A stretch of DNA of 54,132 nucleotides from Macrostomum lignano (Eukaryota). The translations under genes were made by a program, and so were the position numbers. Below are positions 42,365 through 53,149 of this stretch, piece after piece. Below the pieces are notes generated by a model. It had not been told where the DNA came from, ran no database searches, and was given only the letters and a program-made list of their open reading frames with translations. The number at the start of each line of letters is the position of its first letter. Position 1 is the first letter of the stretch. The DNA lies in NCBI GenBank assembly GCA_002269645.1, contig NIVC01001327.1, positions 1-54,132 on the forward strand. Reading direction: 5' to 3'.

Positions 42365-43447
42365 CCGAGTCCCCAGATCCCCCCCCAAGTCCCCAGATAC
42401 CCTTCGAGTCTCCAGATCCCTCCGAGTCCCCAGATCCGCTCAAAGGTCCCAGATGCCCTCTGAGTCCATAGATCCCCTCCGAGTCCCCAGATCCCCCCCG
42501 AGTCCCCAGATCCCTCCGAGTTCCCAGATCCCCTCTGAGTCCCCAGATCCCTCCGAGTCCCCAGATTCCCTCCGAGTCACTAGATCCCTTTGAGTCCCCA
42601 GATCCCCTTCGAGTCCCCAGCTCCATTTGACTCCCCAGATCCCTTTAAGTCCCCAGATCCCTTTGAGTCCCCAGATCCCTTTGAGTCCCCAGATCCCTCC
42701 GAGTCCCCAGATCCCTCCGAGTCCCCAGATCCCCTCCGAGTCCCCAGATCCCCTCCGAGTGCCTACTAGATCCCCTCCGAGTGCCCAGATCCCCTTTGAG
42801 TCCCCAGATCCCCTTCGAGTGCCTAGATCCCCTCCGAGTGCCCAGATCCCCTCTGAGTACCCAGATATCCCCCCCCCCGAGTCCCCAGATCCCCTTCGAG
42901 TTCCCAGATCCCCTCCGAGTCCCCAGATCCCCTCCGAGTCCCTAGATCCCCTTCGAGTCCCCAGATCCCCTCTGACTCCCCAAATCCCCTTCGAGTCCCT
43001 AGATTCCCTCCGAGTCCCCAGATCCCTTTGAGTCCCCAGCTCCATTTGACCCCCCAGATCCCCTTCGAGTCCCTAGATTCCCTCCGAGTCCCCAGATCCC
43101 CTTCGAGTCCCCAGATCCCCTCCGAGTCCCCAGATCCCCTTCGAGTCCCCAGCTCCATTTGACTCTCCAGATCCCTTTGAGTCCCCAGATCCCTCCGAGT
43201 TCCCAGATCCCTCCGAGTCTCCAGATCCCTCCGAGTCCCCAGATCCCCTCCGAGTCCCCAGATCTCATTCGAGTGCCTAGATCCCCTTAGAGTGCCCAGT
43301 TCCCTTCCGAGTTCCCAGATCTTTATGAGTCCCCAGATCTCTCTGATTCCCCAGATCTCTCTAAGTCCCAGATCCTCTGATTCCCCAGATCCTTCTGATT
43401 CCCCAGATCCTTCTGAGTCCCCAGATACCCTCCGAGTCCCCAGATTC
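42365..43447. repeat. ~19-bp minisatellite (GAGTCCCCAGATCCCCTCC)
   Basis: More than 50 degenerate units. Confidence 0.95.
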
Positions 43448-44379
43448 CTCTGGGGTGCCAAAAAAGTCCGTCCAACAAAAATGATATTTAATCAAAGTTC
43501 GTTGGAAAAAGTGTAGGCAAATGTGGGACATATTCAATAACAAATAACGCAATTTTTGTGGCACAATTACTTTTAGTAGCATCAAATGTTTTTATACCTG
43601 TAAAACATTCGAGGAACAAGCCCCATACTTTGTTGAAAAAATTCTGTATACTTATATGTACTCGTACCTGTAAATTGGTTATATATTCTGCTCCCTTTTA
43701 TAAACCTCTTTTATAAATAAGACGAAAGCTTAAATCAAGTATTTCCATTACAAGTTGCATTACACCTGCTATTAATGCAACTCATTGAATTTCGAGTTTT
43801 CCAGTTTCCAGTTTCCAGTCGTTGAATGACTTTATATTTTGCTGCCTTAACTAAGAACCCGTTGTCCCGTCAGCTACTACTGACAGCAGTGAGGGTCTTG
43901 GATCCGTTTGAGCATCAGAATAACCCGCTGGAAAACCGCATCTGATTTGTTATGTTGTGTTATAAATTTAATCATTAGCAAAGTCCATATTCAGTAAGCC
44001 GATTCCTTCACTAGGAGTTCATTCTCAGGAACTTATTGATGACATTCAATGCTAATTAATGCTAAGCTCATTCGTCAGTTGCTCTTTGCTTCTTTGACTG
44101 AAACAGCTGCACAAAGAAGACTTGAGAAGCTCATCTGAGTGGCTATATGGATGAAGGTCACCCGCTGTGGTGGAAAATCTAGCTGCGTGGGTCTTACAGG
44201 CTATTTGTATTTGTAAATCGAACATCGAAATATCGAATTGATTGTTTTACGCACCCTGCGAGCTTGTCATGCCATTGATAAACTGCAATGAACCTTTTTT
44301 CCAGTTTGACAGGCTCTGGCTCGGCTGAGGAATAATTCGCTGTGTTTGACCAGAAGCGGGATAGCGAACTTTGCCTGCG

Positions 44380-44580
44380 GGACGTTTGCCAGCCGACGTT
44401 TGCCTGCGGGACGTTTGCCAGCCGACGTTTGCCTGCGGGACGTTTGCCTGCGGGAAGCTTGCCAGCCGACGTTTGCCAGCGGGAAGCTTGCCAGCCGACG
44501 TTTGCCAGCGGGAAGCTTGCCAGCCGACGTTTGCCAGCCGACGTTTGCCAGCCGACGTTTGCCAGCCGACGTTTTGCCAG
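44380..44580. repeat. 14-bp based minisatellite (GTTTGCCAGCCGAC)
   Basis: Visible tandem units with variants. Confidence 0.9.
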
Positions 44581-45446
44581 CCAGCATTAAGTCAGTGAGT
44601 GAACAATTTGATACTAAAATATTCGCAGTTCGGCGGTTTGAAAAAAAAACGGTTTTTTAATCGGTTATTCGCAAGTATAAAAGTTTGAAAACAAAATCTA
44701 TACAAATTATGCAGTTCATCAATCTAACTTCTAGTTTAACAACAATTTTTTTGAATATGAAAATATTATAAAGTTCACTTCTGACAGTTTTGTATCGCTT
44801 TTCCCACTTCCCTGCCCTCTGCTGCTACTGCCCTCTGATCGTTCCATATGGGCGCTTATCTCTCACTCTCACTTGCTGCACTAACTACCTCACCTCGTTT
44901 GGCGTTCTTTCATTGCGGCTTCTTTTTTGTGTGCAAATTCTATTCTACTTGTGGATATTTTCCACAGCGGGGATCGACTCACACACGACATGGCGACTTT
45001 GCATGCGCCATAGACATCCGATCTTATCGGGTTTCCTATCGATCCCTAATGTATCCCACACTACTGATTACTGAATCCTGACCAGCTTGATTAGCCTTAT
45101 TTTTAGATTGAGTGTCCCAGCTGCCTATCCTGGACGAACACTGTTCCTGCATCGGCCAACATTGACACGCTCTGAGGGTGCTCCCTGTGCATTATTAATG
45201 GTTCTCTATTATAATTAAATTATTTTCCCGCTTTTTTTATGTGCCATCAAAGTGCGAAATAAACTATGGCTATATTTTTCTTGCTTTGCACTACAAGGCA
45301 AATACTGAGGTACCTGACTGCACATTGTCTTGTCCGCTCCAGTGGTCGACTGAACGAGACAGTTCTGTTTGAGACCAACCGCCCAGTGCTGATGCCCTGC
45401 AAAATGCATCTTGAAACCATGGTAGGTTGGCTTCTTGCGCGGGCTT

Positions 45447-45885
45447 CGAGTCCCCAGATCCCCCCAGATTCACCAGATCCCCTCCGAGTTCCCAGATCCC
45501 CCCAGATTCACCAGATCCCCTCTGAGTTCCCAGATCCCCCCAGATTCACCAGATCCCCTCCGAGTTCCCGGATCCCCCCAGATTCACCAGATCCCCTCCG
45601 AGTTCCCAGATCCCCCCAGATTCACCAGATCCCCTCCGAGTTCCCAGATCCCCCCAGATTCACCAGATCCCCCCGAGTCCCCAGATCCCCCAAGTCCCCA
45701 GATCCCCCCCGAGTCCCCAGATCCCCCGAGTCCCCAGATCCCCTCCGAGTTCCCAGATCCCCTCCGAGTCCCCAGATCCCCCCGAGTCCCCAGATCCCCC
45801 GAGTCCCCAGATCCCCTCCGAGTTCCCAGATCCCCTCCGAGTCCCCAGATCCCCCGAGTCCCCAGATCCCCGAGTCCCCAGATCC
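45447..45885. repeat. Second array of the same ~19-bp family (GAGTCCCCAGATCCCC / GATTCACCAGATCCCC)
   Basis: Same core and orientation as 42365-43447. Confidence 0.93.
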
Positions 45886-46103
45886 ATCGCAGGCACAACA
45901 CAAATAAACTCTGCTATTGTAAGTCTGATTTTCATGCACAACAAAAACACAATAACACAAGAGAATAAATGTTAACGGGCTTTTTAGCAGGTTGAGATTT
46001 AGATTTCATAAATCTGTGTGCATTAGGCGATATTCTATTGCTTAAAGCTACTTACAGTAGCATGTAACAGTCAGGGCGCAGCCCAGTCAGTTCAAAGCCG
46101 CAG

Positions 46104-46793
46104 TCAAAGCAGCAGCCGCACCTCAGCCCGGAAGCGGATCGCCCGGCCCTCATCGCCCAGCCGGTCCCGGCACGGCGCCAGCCGGAAGCTCATGCGGAAC
46201 GGGCCGGCCATGCTGGCCTCGAACTCGAACTGGCCGAGCGGCCGGGCCATCAGCAGGCGCAGCCGGGAGCGGCTCTGCGCCAGGCAGAACAGGTGGCGCT
46301 GGCTGAGCCAGGCCAGCAGCTCGGGCTCGCGGCTGCTCAGGAAGTCGTACAGACTCAGCCTGCCGAACAGGCCGGCGGCGATGAGGCGGCGCGTGGCCGC
46401 CACCAGCAGCGAGTCCTGCGCCTGCAGCAGCGAGTTGTTGAAGGGCAACAGCGAGGCCAGGATGGCCGGCTGCTGGCCGGCCGGGCGGGGAAGCTGCGGC
46501 CGGATGTCGAACTCGGCCAGCACGAGTCCCGGCACCTCCGGGCCGAGGCCGCAGCAGCTGCCCGGCGAGCGGCCCAGCGAGCGGACGGCATCCTCGTAGC
46601 GGGCGGCGAAGGCGAAGTAGGCGGCGGCGGACACGTTCAGGAGAATCGGCGAGGCCGCCGCCTGCGCCCGGCCGCTGCGCCGGTCCGCCAGCCACGGCGG
46701 CGGCAGCCAGGCCGGGTAGTCGGCGCAGGCGGGGCTGCCCGAAGCTTCAGCAGCCGCGGCAGCCACCGTCAGCAGCAGCAGCATTGAGAACAT
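46104..46793 (-). CDS. Orphan predicted secreted protein, ~229 aa, single exon
   Basis: Strong GC3 codon bias like the other genes; signal-like MFSMLLLLTVAAAAAEA; no family recognised. Confidence 0.65.
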   Translation of the reverse strand: MFSMLLLLTVAAAAAEASGSPACADYPAWLPPPWLADRRSGRAQAAASPILLNVSAAAYFAFAARYEDAVRSLGRSPGSCCGLGPEVPGLVLAEFDIRPQLPRPAGQQPAILASLLPFNNSLLQAQDSLLVAATRRLIAAGLFGRLSLYDFLSSREPELLAWLSQRHLFCLAQSRSRLRLLMARPLGQFEFEASMAGPFRMSFRLAPCRDRLGDEGRAIRFRAEVRLLL

Positions 46794-47289
46794 CTCGTGG
46801 GGTTCAGCCTGGCCAAGGCCGGCTCGCATCCGCCGTTTTATGCAGCCAGCGGGGCGGCGGCGGGGGAGGCCGCGGATGTAGCGGCTGAGCGAACTGCGCA
46901 CAGCTCGGGTTGGGCCGGCAGCGACATTTCGGTTGAAATTCCTCACTTGCTTCAGCCGTTTAAAATTGCTTCAATGCTAAAGGTCTGCTTTGAAGAAATT
47001 TTACTTGATATTTCTGAAACCGAAGGCGAAGGCTGTTGGGGCTTGGGTTCAGTTTGGGAGTACGCAAAACACCCGCCATAACTGTTTTAATTCTGCAATA
47101 CAACTTGGCTCACATTAGTGATTCTGCTGTACGGAAGCTTGAAAGCAATGTGACTTTGAGTACTGTTTAACTCAGACGTGCGACTGAATCGGATTAATGT
47201 ACAGGCAGGTAATTTCTGGGTACATTGGGGCCACACTGCTGGACAGAGGCCTCGCTGAGTGCAGTAGGGTCACATACAGTTAGACATAG

Positions 47290-47495
47290 ACAGCCTGTTA
47301 GACAGCCTGTTAGACAGCCTGTTAGACAGCCTGTTAGACAGCCTGTTAGACAGCCTGTTAGACAGCCTGTTAGACAGCCTGTTAGACAGCCTGTTAGACA
47401 GCCTGTTAGACAGCCTGTTAGACAGCCTGTTAGACAGCCTGTTAGACAGCCTGTTAGACAGCCTGTTACACAGTCTGTTAGACAGCCTGTTAGAG
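47290..47495. repeat. 12-bp tandem repeat (TAGACAGCCTGT)
   Basis: About 16 near-perfect units just 3' of the 47514 gene. Confidence 0.97.
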
Positions 47496-47513
47496 ATCTA
47501 GCAAATAAAAGTC

Positions 47514-48002
47514 TCAGTCAGTCCAGGGCAGCAGCGCTGCCGACCGCAGCATGTACGCCATGTGCAGCACCCAGCGATCGCCGATCCAGAAGCAGTTCTT
47601 CCTGCCGTGCGGCGCCACGCCAGGGCCGTCGCAGTCGCTGATCTTGGTGTCCCAGGCGGTGGACAGGCCGGCGAATGTCCGGTTGCCAGCGTCGCGGAGG
47701 CTGACTCGCACGAACTCGTCGCTGCAGTAGAACAGCTCGATGCAGCCCGGGCTGGCGATGTCGAACTCCATCCAGGCCAGCTCCGGCCCGGGCTCCTCGA
47801 AGGTCACGTGACCCCTGGCGCGGCAGGTGAGGCCGCGGACAACCGGTAGCAGAAGCAGCCAGTCGGGGCTTTTGCCGCGGTGCCTGCTGAGATCCTTCTC
47901 CTGGATGTCCAGGCACTGCAGCTCCACCCAGGTGTCCATCTGGGTGCCCGGAGCCGCTGATGCAGCAAGTGCAGCGGCTGAGAGCAGCAGAAGCACCCGC
48001 AT
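47514..48002 (-). CDS. Orphan predicted secreted Cys-containing protein, 162 aa, single exon
   Basis: Signal peptide MRVLLLLSAAALAASAAP; GC3-rich codons; six Cys; no family recognised. Confidence 0.7.
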   Translation of the reverse strand: MRVLLLLSAAALAASAAPGTQMDTWVELQCLDIQEKDLSRHRGKSPDWLLLLPVVRGLTCRARGHVTFEEPGPELAWMEFDIASPGCIELFYCSDEFVRVSLRDAGNRTFAGLSTAWDTKISDCDGPGVAPHGRKNCFWIGDRWVLHMAYMLRSAALLPWTD

Positions 48003-48194
48003 TGCTGGATTTGCACTTTTCGAATTGCTGCTTTTTATTACTTTAGCAGAGTGTCTGTTAAATAGCTCCGTAGGAAGCTGTGGGCTTCATCAGGGGAACT
48101 CGGCCACAGACATAAACTTGGCGTGCATGTCCACTGCTGCTTAACTCCTCTACACAAAAATATGAGTAATTCACCCGTGAATTAGTGAATGAAA

Positions 48195-48490
48195 TCTGAG
48201 AAATTCCCCTCTACCCCCAATTTGAGAAATTCCCCTCTACCCCAATCTGAGAAATTCCCCTCTACCCCCAATTTGAGAAATTCCCCTCTACCCCAATCTA
48301 AGAAATTCCCCTCTACCCCCAATTTGAGAAATTCCCCTCTACCCCAATCTGAGAAATTCCCCTCTACCCCAATTTGAGAAATTCCCCTCTACCCCAATCT
48401 GAGAAATTCCCCTCTACCCCCAATTTGAGAAATCCCCCTCTACCCCAATCTGAGAAATCCCCCTCTACCAGAATCTGAGAAATCCCCTCA
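48195..48490. repeat. 25-26-bp minisatellite (TGAGAAATTCCCCTCTACCCCAATC)
   Basis: About 11 tandem units. Confidence 0.93.
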
Positions 48491-48844
48491 GAAAATCCCA
48501 CAATCTCCTATACGTTTCCAGATATTTTACAATTTTCCTCGTCAGTTGACACGCAGGACAAAAGTGCCTTTCAGATGCAGCGGAGGCTGGGGCAGGCCCA
48601 GAGTGCAATGCTCTCCGGCCCTCGCATTCAGCCCACTATAAAAGACTTGCGGCATCCAAGAAGGAGGTGTCAGCAACCAGACATACAAAAAGACATTCGG
48701 GTGCCGTAATCTAATATTAGTAATGCAACAGACGCCTTGCTGTGCTGTCGCTGATATTTCAGTGATAAGTTTAAGTCCACCGATACAGACCCGCTGTATG
48801 GGAGCCAAGCATGACTGTCGACGGCAGTTCAGTTGAGGATTATG

Positions 48845-50550
48845 CTGTGTCATAGGCTGGTGCTAGCTGTGTCAGGCAGGGCTCCGTCTGTGTCAGCTGA
48901 GGCTGGTGCTAGCTGTGTCAGGCAGGGCTCCGTCTGTGTCAGCTGAGGCTGGTGCTAGCTGTGTCAGACAGAGCTCCGTCTGTGTCAGCTGAGGCTGGTG
49001 CTAGCTGTGTCAGACAGAGCCCTGTCTGTGTCAGCTGAGGCTGGTGCTAGATGTGTCAGGCAGGGCTCCGTCTGTGTCAGCTGAGGCTGGTGCTAGCTGT
49101 GTCAGACAGAGCCCTGTCTGTGTCAGCTGAGGCTGGTGCTAGATGTGTCAGGCAGGGCTCCGTCTGTGTCAGCTGAGGCTGGTGCTAGCTGTGTCAGACA
49201 GAGCCCTGTCTGTGTCAGCTGAGGCTGGTGCTAGCTGTGTCAGGCAGGGCTCCGTCTGTGTCAGCTGAGGCTGGTGCTAGCTGTGTCAGGCAGGGCTCCG
49301 TCTGTGTCAGCTGAGGCTGGTGCTAGCTGTGTCAGGCAGGGCTCCGTCTGTGTCAGCTGAGGCTGGTGCTAGATGTGTCAGGCAGGGCTCCGTCTGTGTC
49401 AGCTGAGGCTGGTGCTAGATGTGTCAGGCAGGGCTCCGTCTGTGTCAGCTGAGGCTGGTGCTAGATGTGTCAGGCAGGGCTCCGTCTGTGTCAGCTGAGG
49501 CTGGTGCTAGCTGTGTCAGGCAGGGCTCCGTCTGTGTCAGCTGAGGCTGGTGCTAACTGTGTCAGGCAGGGCTCCGTCTGTGTCAGCTGAGGCTGGTGCT
49601 AGCTGTGTCAGGCAGGGCTCCGTCTGTGTCAGCTGAGGCTGGTGCTAGCTGTGTCAGGCAGGGCTCCGTCTGTGTCAGCTGAGGCTGGTGCTAGCTGTGT
49701 CAGGCAGGGCTCCGTCTGTGTCAGCTGAGGCTGGTGCTAGCTGTGTCAGGCAGAGCTCCGTCTGTGTCAGCTGAGGCTGGTGCTAGATGTGTCAGGCAGG
49801 GCTCCGTCTGTGTCAGCTGAGGCTGGTGCTAGATGTGTCAGGCAGGGCTCCGTCTGTGTCAGCTGAGGCTGGTGCTAGATGTGTCAGGCAGGGCTCCGTC
49901 TGTGTCAGCTGAGGCTGGTGCTAGATGTGTCAGGCAGGGCTCCGTCTGTGTCAGCTGAGGCTGGTGCTAGCTGTGTCAGGCAGGGCTCCGTCTGTGTCAG
50001 CTGAGGCTGGTGCTAACTGTGTCAGGCAGGGCTCCGTCTGTGTCAGCTGAGGCTGGTGCTAGCTGTGTCAGGCAGGGCTCCGTCTGTGTCAGCTGAGGCT
50101 GGTGCTAGCTGTGTCAGGCAGGGCTCCGTCTGTGTCAGCTGAGGCTGGTGCTAGCTGTGTCAGGCAGGGCTCCGTCTGTGTCAGCTGAGGCTGGTGCTAG
50201 CTGTGTCAGGCAGAGCTCCGTCTGTGTCAGCTGAGGCTGGTGCTAGATGTGTCAGGCAGAGCTCCGTCTGTGTCAGCTGAGGCTGGTGCTAGATGTGTCA
50301 GGCAGGGCTCCGTCTGTGTCAGCTGAGGCTGGTGCTAGATGTGTCAGGCAGGGCTCCGTCTGTGTCAGCTGAGGCTGGTGCTAGCTGTGTCAGGCAGGGC
50401 TCCGTCTGTGTCAGCTGAGGCTGGTGCTAGCTGTGTCAGGCAGAGCTCCGTCTGTGTCAGCTGAGGCTGGTGCTAGCTGTGTCAGGCAGGGCTCCGTCTG
50501 TGTCAGCTGAGGCTGGTGCTAGCTGTGTCAGGCAGAGCTCCGTCTGTGTC
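48845..50550. repeat. 46-bp minisatellite, ~37 copies (AGCTGAGGCTGGTGCTAGCTGTGTCAGGCAGGGCTCCGTCTGTGTC)
   Basis: Period 46 (48892, 48938, ...), highly homogeneous. Confidence 0.98.
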
Positions 50551-51119
50551 GTCCTCCTCACCACTTCGCGTCGGCCTGTAGAGTAAAAATTGAAAGCCCC
50601 CGCCCTGCTGGCTGCGTCGACCGCAGCCTCGTGAGCCCATTTGAGCATCCGCCCTTGAAACAGTACCTCATGACAAGTGTCAGTTCAAACAGTACCTCAT
50701 GACAGGTGTTAGTTCAAACAGTACCTCATGACAGGTGTCAGTTCAAACAGTACCTCATGACAGGTGTCAGTTCAAACAGTACCTCATGACAGGTGTCAGT
50801 TCAAACAGTACCTCATGACAGGTGTCTGTTCACTGTCCCTGTCTGTTCACTGTCCCTGTCTGTTCACTGTCCCTGTCTGTTCACTGTCCCTGTCTGTTCA
50901 CTGTCCCTGTCTGTTCACTGTCCCTGTCTGTTCACTGTCCTCGTCTGTTCACTGTCCTCGTCTGTTCACTGTCCTCGTCTGTTCACTGTCCCTGTCTGTT
51001 CACTGTCCCGGTCTGTTCACTGTCCCTGTCTGTTCACTGTCCCTGTCTGTTCACTGTCCCTGTCTGTTCACTGTCCCTGTTCCTCCTCTCCCTCCTTGCG
51101 TACACGGAGCCTCACGGGT
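50503..51119 (-). CDS. Last two exons (51119-51072, 50575-50503) of an unidentified gene with an acidic C-terminus
   Basis: Acceptor CCTTGCTCACAG, donor ACA|GTGAAC and acceptor TTTACTCTACAG join in phase 2 to give PVRLRVRKEGEEEQGQPTRSGEEDDTDGALPDTASTSLS-stop. Upstream exons not resolved. Confidence 0.45.
50660..51081. repeat. 29-bp (AAACAGTACCTCATGACAGGTGTCAGTTC) and 17-bp (TGTCTGTTCACTGTCCC) minisatellites
   Basis: Adjacent arrays at ~50660-50822 and 50823-51081. Confidence 0.93.
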
Positions 51120-53149
51120 CTGTGAGCAAGGAGGGTGCAACTGCGAGTTAAATATGTAGGAGAGCAGCTGGGCCTTACGATCTTGTTCACTACCACAGAT
51201 CGAGACTGTCTACAAAGCTCAGGTACTTGCTTTCCCTGCAGAGAGGCCAGGATTACAGTACAACATTTTACAGCGAGGCCCAGGCAAATTGAAGCAATTT
51301 GTGACAATCGAGCATTCTCGACAGTAAAATTGCTTTCACCCCGAGTTCTACGCTGCTGCTGCTGCTGGGTGTCCCAGTACTGCAGCAGAAGCTGCATGAA
51401 GCTGGCAGGCGGGTTTATTCCGCAGAGAATGGCGAAACCCATTAGCGAGAGGGAACGAGCCCCAGTGTAAATCACAGGCACCGAGGCCAAAGTCGGTCAG
51501 CTGGCCTCGGCCTTTCAAGTTCCTCTCCAAATTGCCTTCTGTCAGGCTGCGGCCCGGTCTGTTTTCAAACTTTTACAGCGGCCTCCCGCAGCCGCGCGAG
51601 ATTAAGATCGAAGGTCGACCGACCTCTCCAGTCTGGAAAGGTCTGGGGGCTGCGGCCGCCAAGGAGTCCTGCCTCTCACCTGAAGGGGGACGCGTCGCCG
51701 ATTGCAAAGTCGAAAAGCGGCAGCTGCGCCGGTCTGTCCACCTACTGAGAGCCCCGTTCCCACGCCCGAAGAACAGCGGAGTGTTGCTTCAAATTCTGCT
51801 CGATATTCGCTCCACTCAGAATAGAAATCAAGACATTTTTGGGGGTTTTGGCCTTTAAAAACTCGTTCGCGGATTTGGGAAGACTTTTGCTCACCACAAA
51901 TCAATAATGTTCAAGCATTGCGAGGAGTGAGGAATAGCTTGCAGTTCCCACTGAAGCTTTTGCATGCGGAGGGATTAGCAGACCTGAGCACAGAGAGCAA
52001 CTCTCAATTTCGTTTTCACCGAGGACGTTGCTCGTGTACTGGGCTGCTCAGCGAGGTCATGAGATCTGATTCCCCGGCACCTTCTGTTGATCTGGGCAGG
52101 GCCGACCGAAGAATCTCCTTGCTCCGCCAGTTTTGAGGCTCCTGTCCCAACTGTCCGCCCCGGGCGCCAGTCCAGCATTGATTTTTGCGAGAGAAGTGCG
52201 GCTGAGCCCGACTGCCTACTGGGCCTGGTCGCTAGGCATTGAAGTCCTTTTGAGTTATTCTTGTCCGGCCAGGCCAGGGCCAGCAGAGACCTGAATGAGT
52301 GCGCGACGGCTGCCCGACAGACGATGCACTCTGGGAGATTTCGGGCAGGCAATTAATTCTATGATATTTCTCTAAGGGGAAGAGGGTCCTGGCATGCTGC
52401 TGGTCCGGCACTTGCAGGTGTTTTTCTTGCATGGGCTGACAGCTCAACACAGACTATGCAGAAGTCAAGTAAAGGATGCAGCATATCGAGCTGGTCCTGA
52501 CTGATCCTGGTCTTCCGCTCCGTCGGGTCGTTAACAAAGCAAAGCCAGATGCGAGCTGACAGGTGACAAACAGGGAGCCCCCAGAGTGACATTGCCTACT
52601 GAAGGTCGCGGTCTTTGCTAAATAAATATTGTAGGTTTTAAAAATCCGAGCGTTTTAAAATATTGCTTTTACTCTGCGAGAAAAAGCAGAAGACAGAACT
52701 TTACTGGCCAAGTGAATTTACAACAAAGTAAATAAGGCGCTGCGCTTATTTTCGGTCAGCTTTCAGTTGAGGTTTAAAGTACGCTTTGAAAATATAAACT
52801 CGGACTAGCGGCAATGGAGTGGTGAAAAGTTCGTTCTGGCACAATGTCCAAATAGTCAGAAATGGTCGTCTTTGCGATTGTGTCCGCTGAGAGAATCTCG
52901 GTGCAAATGAACAGCGGCTGCTGCGCGTGAGAGGCTGAAGAAATGCACGGGATTCGGGCGAACGGCACAGGGCATGATTAATGAGGAGGTGCAAGCAGAT
53001 TTTACAGGTATTTGGTGCTGGCAACGGGAAGCAAGCAGGGAAGCGGAGGCGGGGCGAAATAAAGTCGCGAAGACTTCGATTCTTAAAATTTGATACAGCG
53101 ATCGGCTACACACTGGACACCATGCCGATCTGCACCGCCGCGGCCGCTT

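Noticed and set aside
42318-45968. Gly/Pro-rich ORFs (GDLGTRRGSGDSEGIW; PQIPSESPDP)
   Set aside because: Translations of the 19-bp satellite, with frequent frame breaks and no splice or codon support.
46794-46946. N-terminal extension of the 280-aa ORF
   Set aside because: Begins at a non-ATG codon and precedes the signal peptide starting at 46793.
31627-50550. CRISPR-like appearance of the regular 31-, 46- and 71-bp repeats
   Set aside because: Units are head-to-tail with no unique spacers, there are no cas genes, and the context is eukaryotic.
52359-52592. 77-aa Cys-containing - strand ORF (PVCHL...FCIVCVE)
   Set aside because: Cys spacing does not match a zinc-finger family I can name, and there is no supported exon structure.
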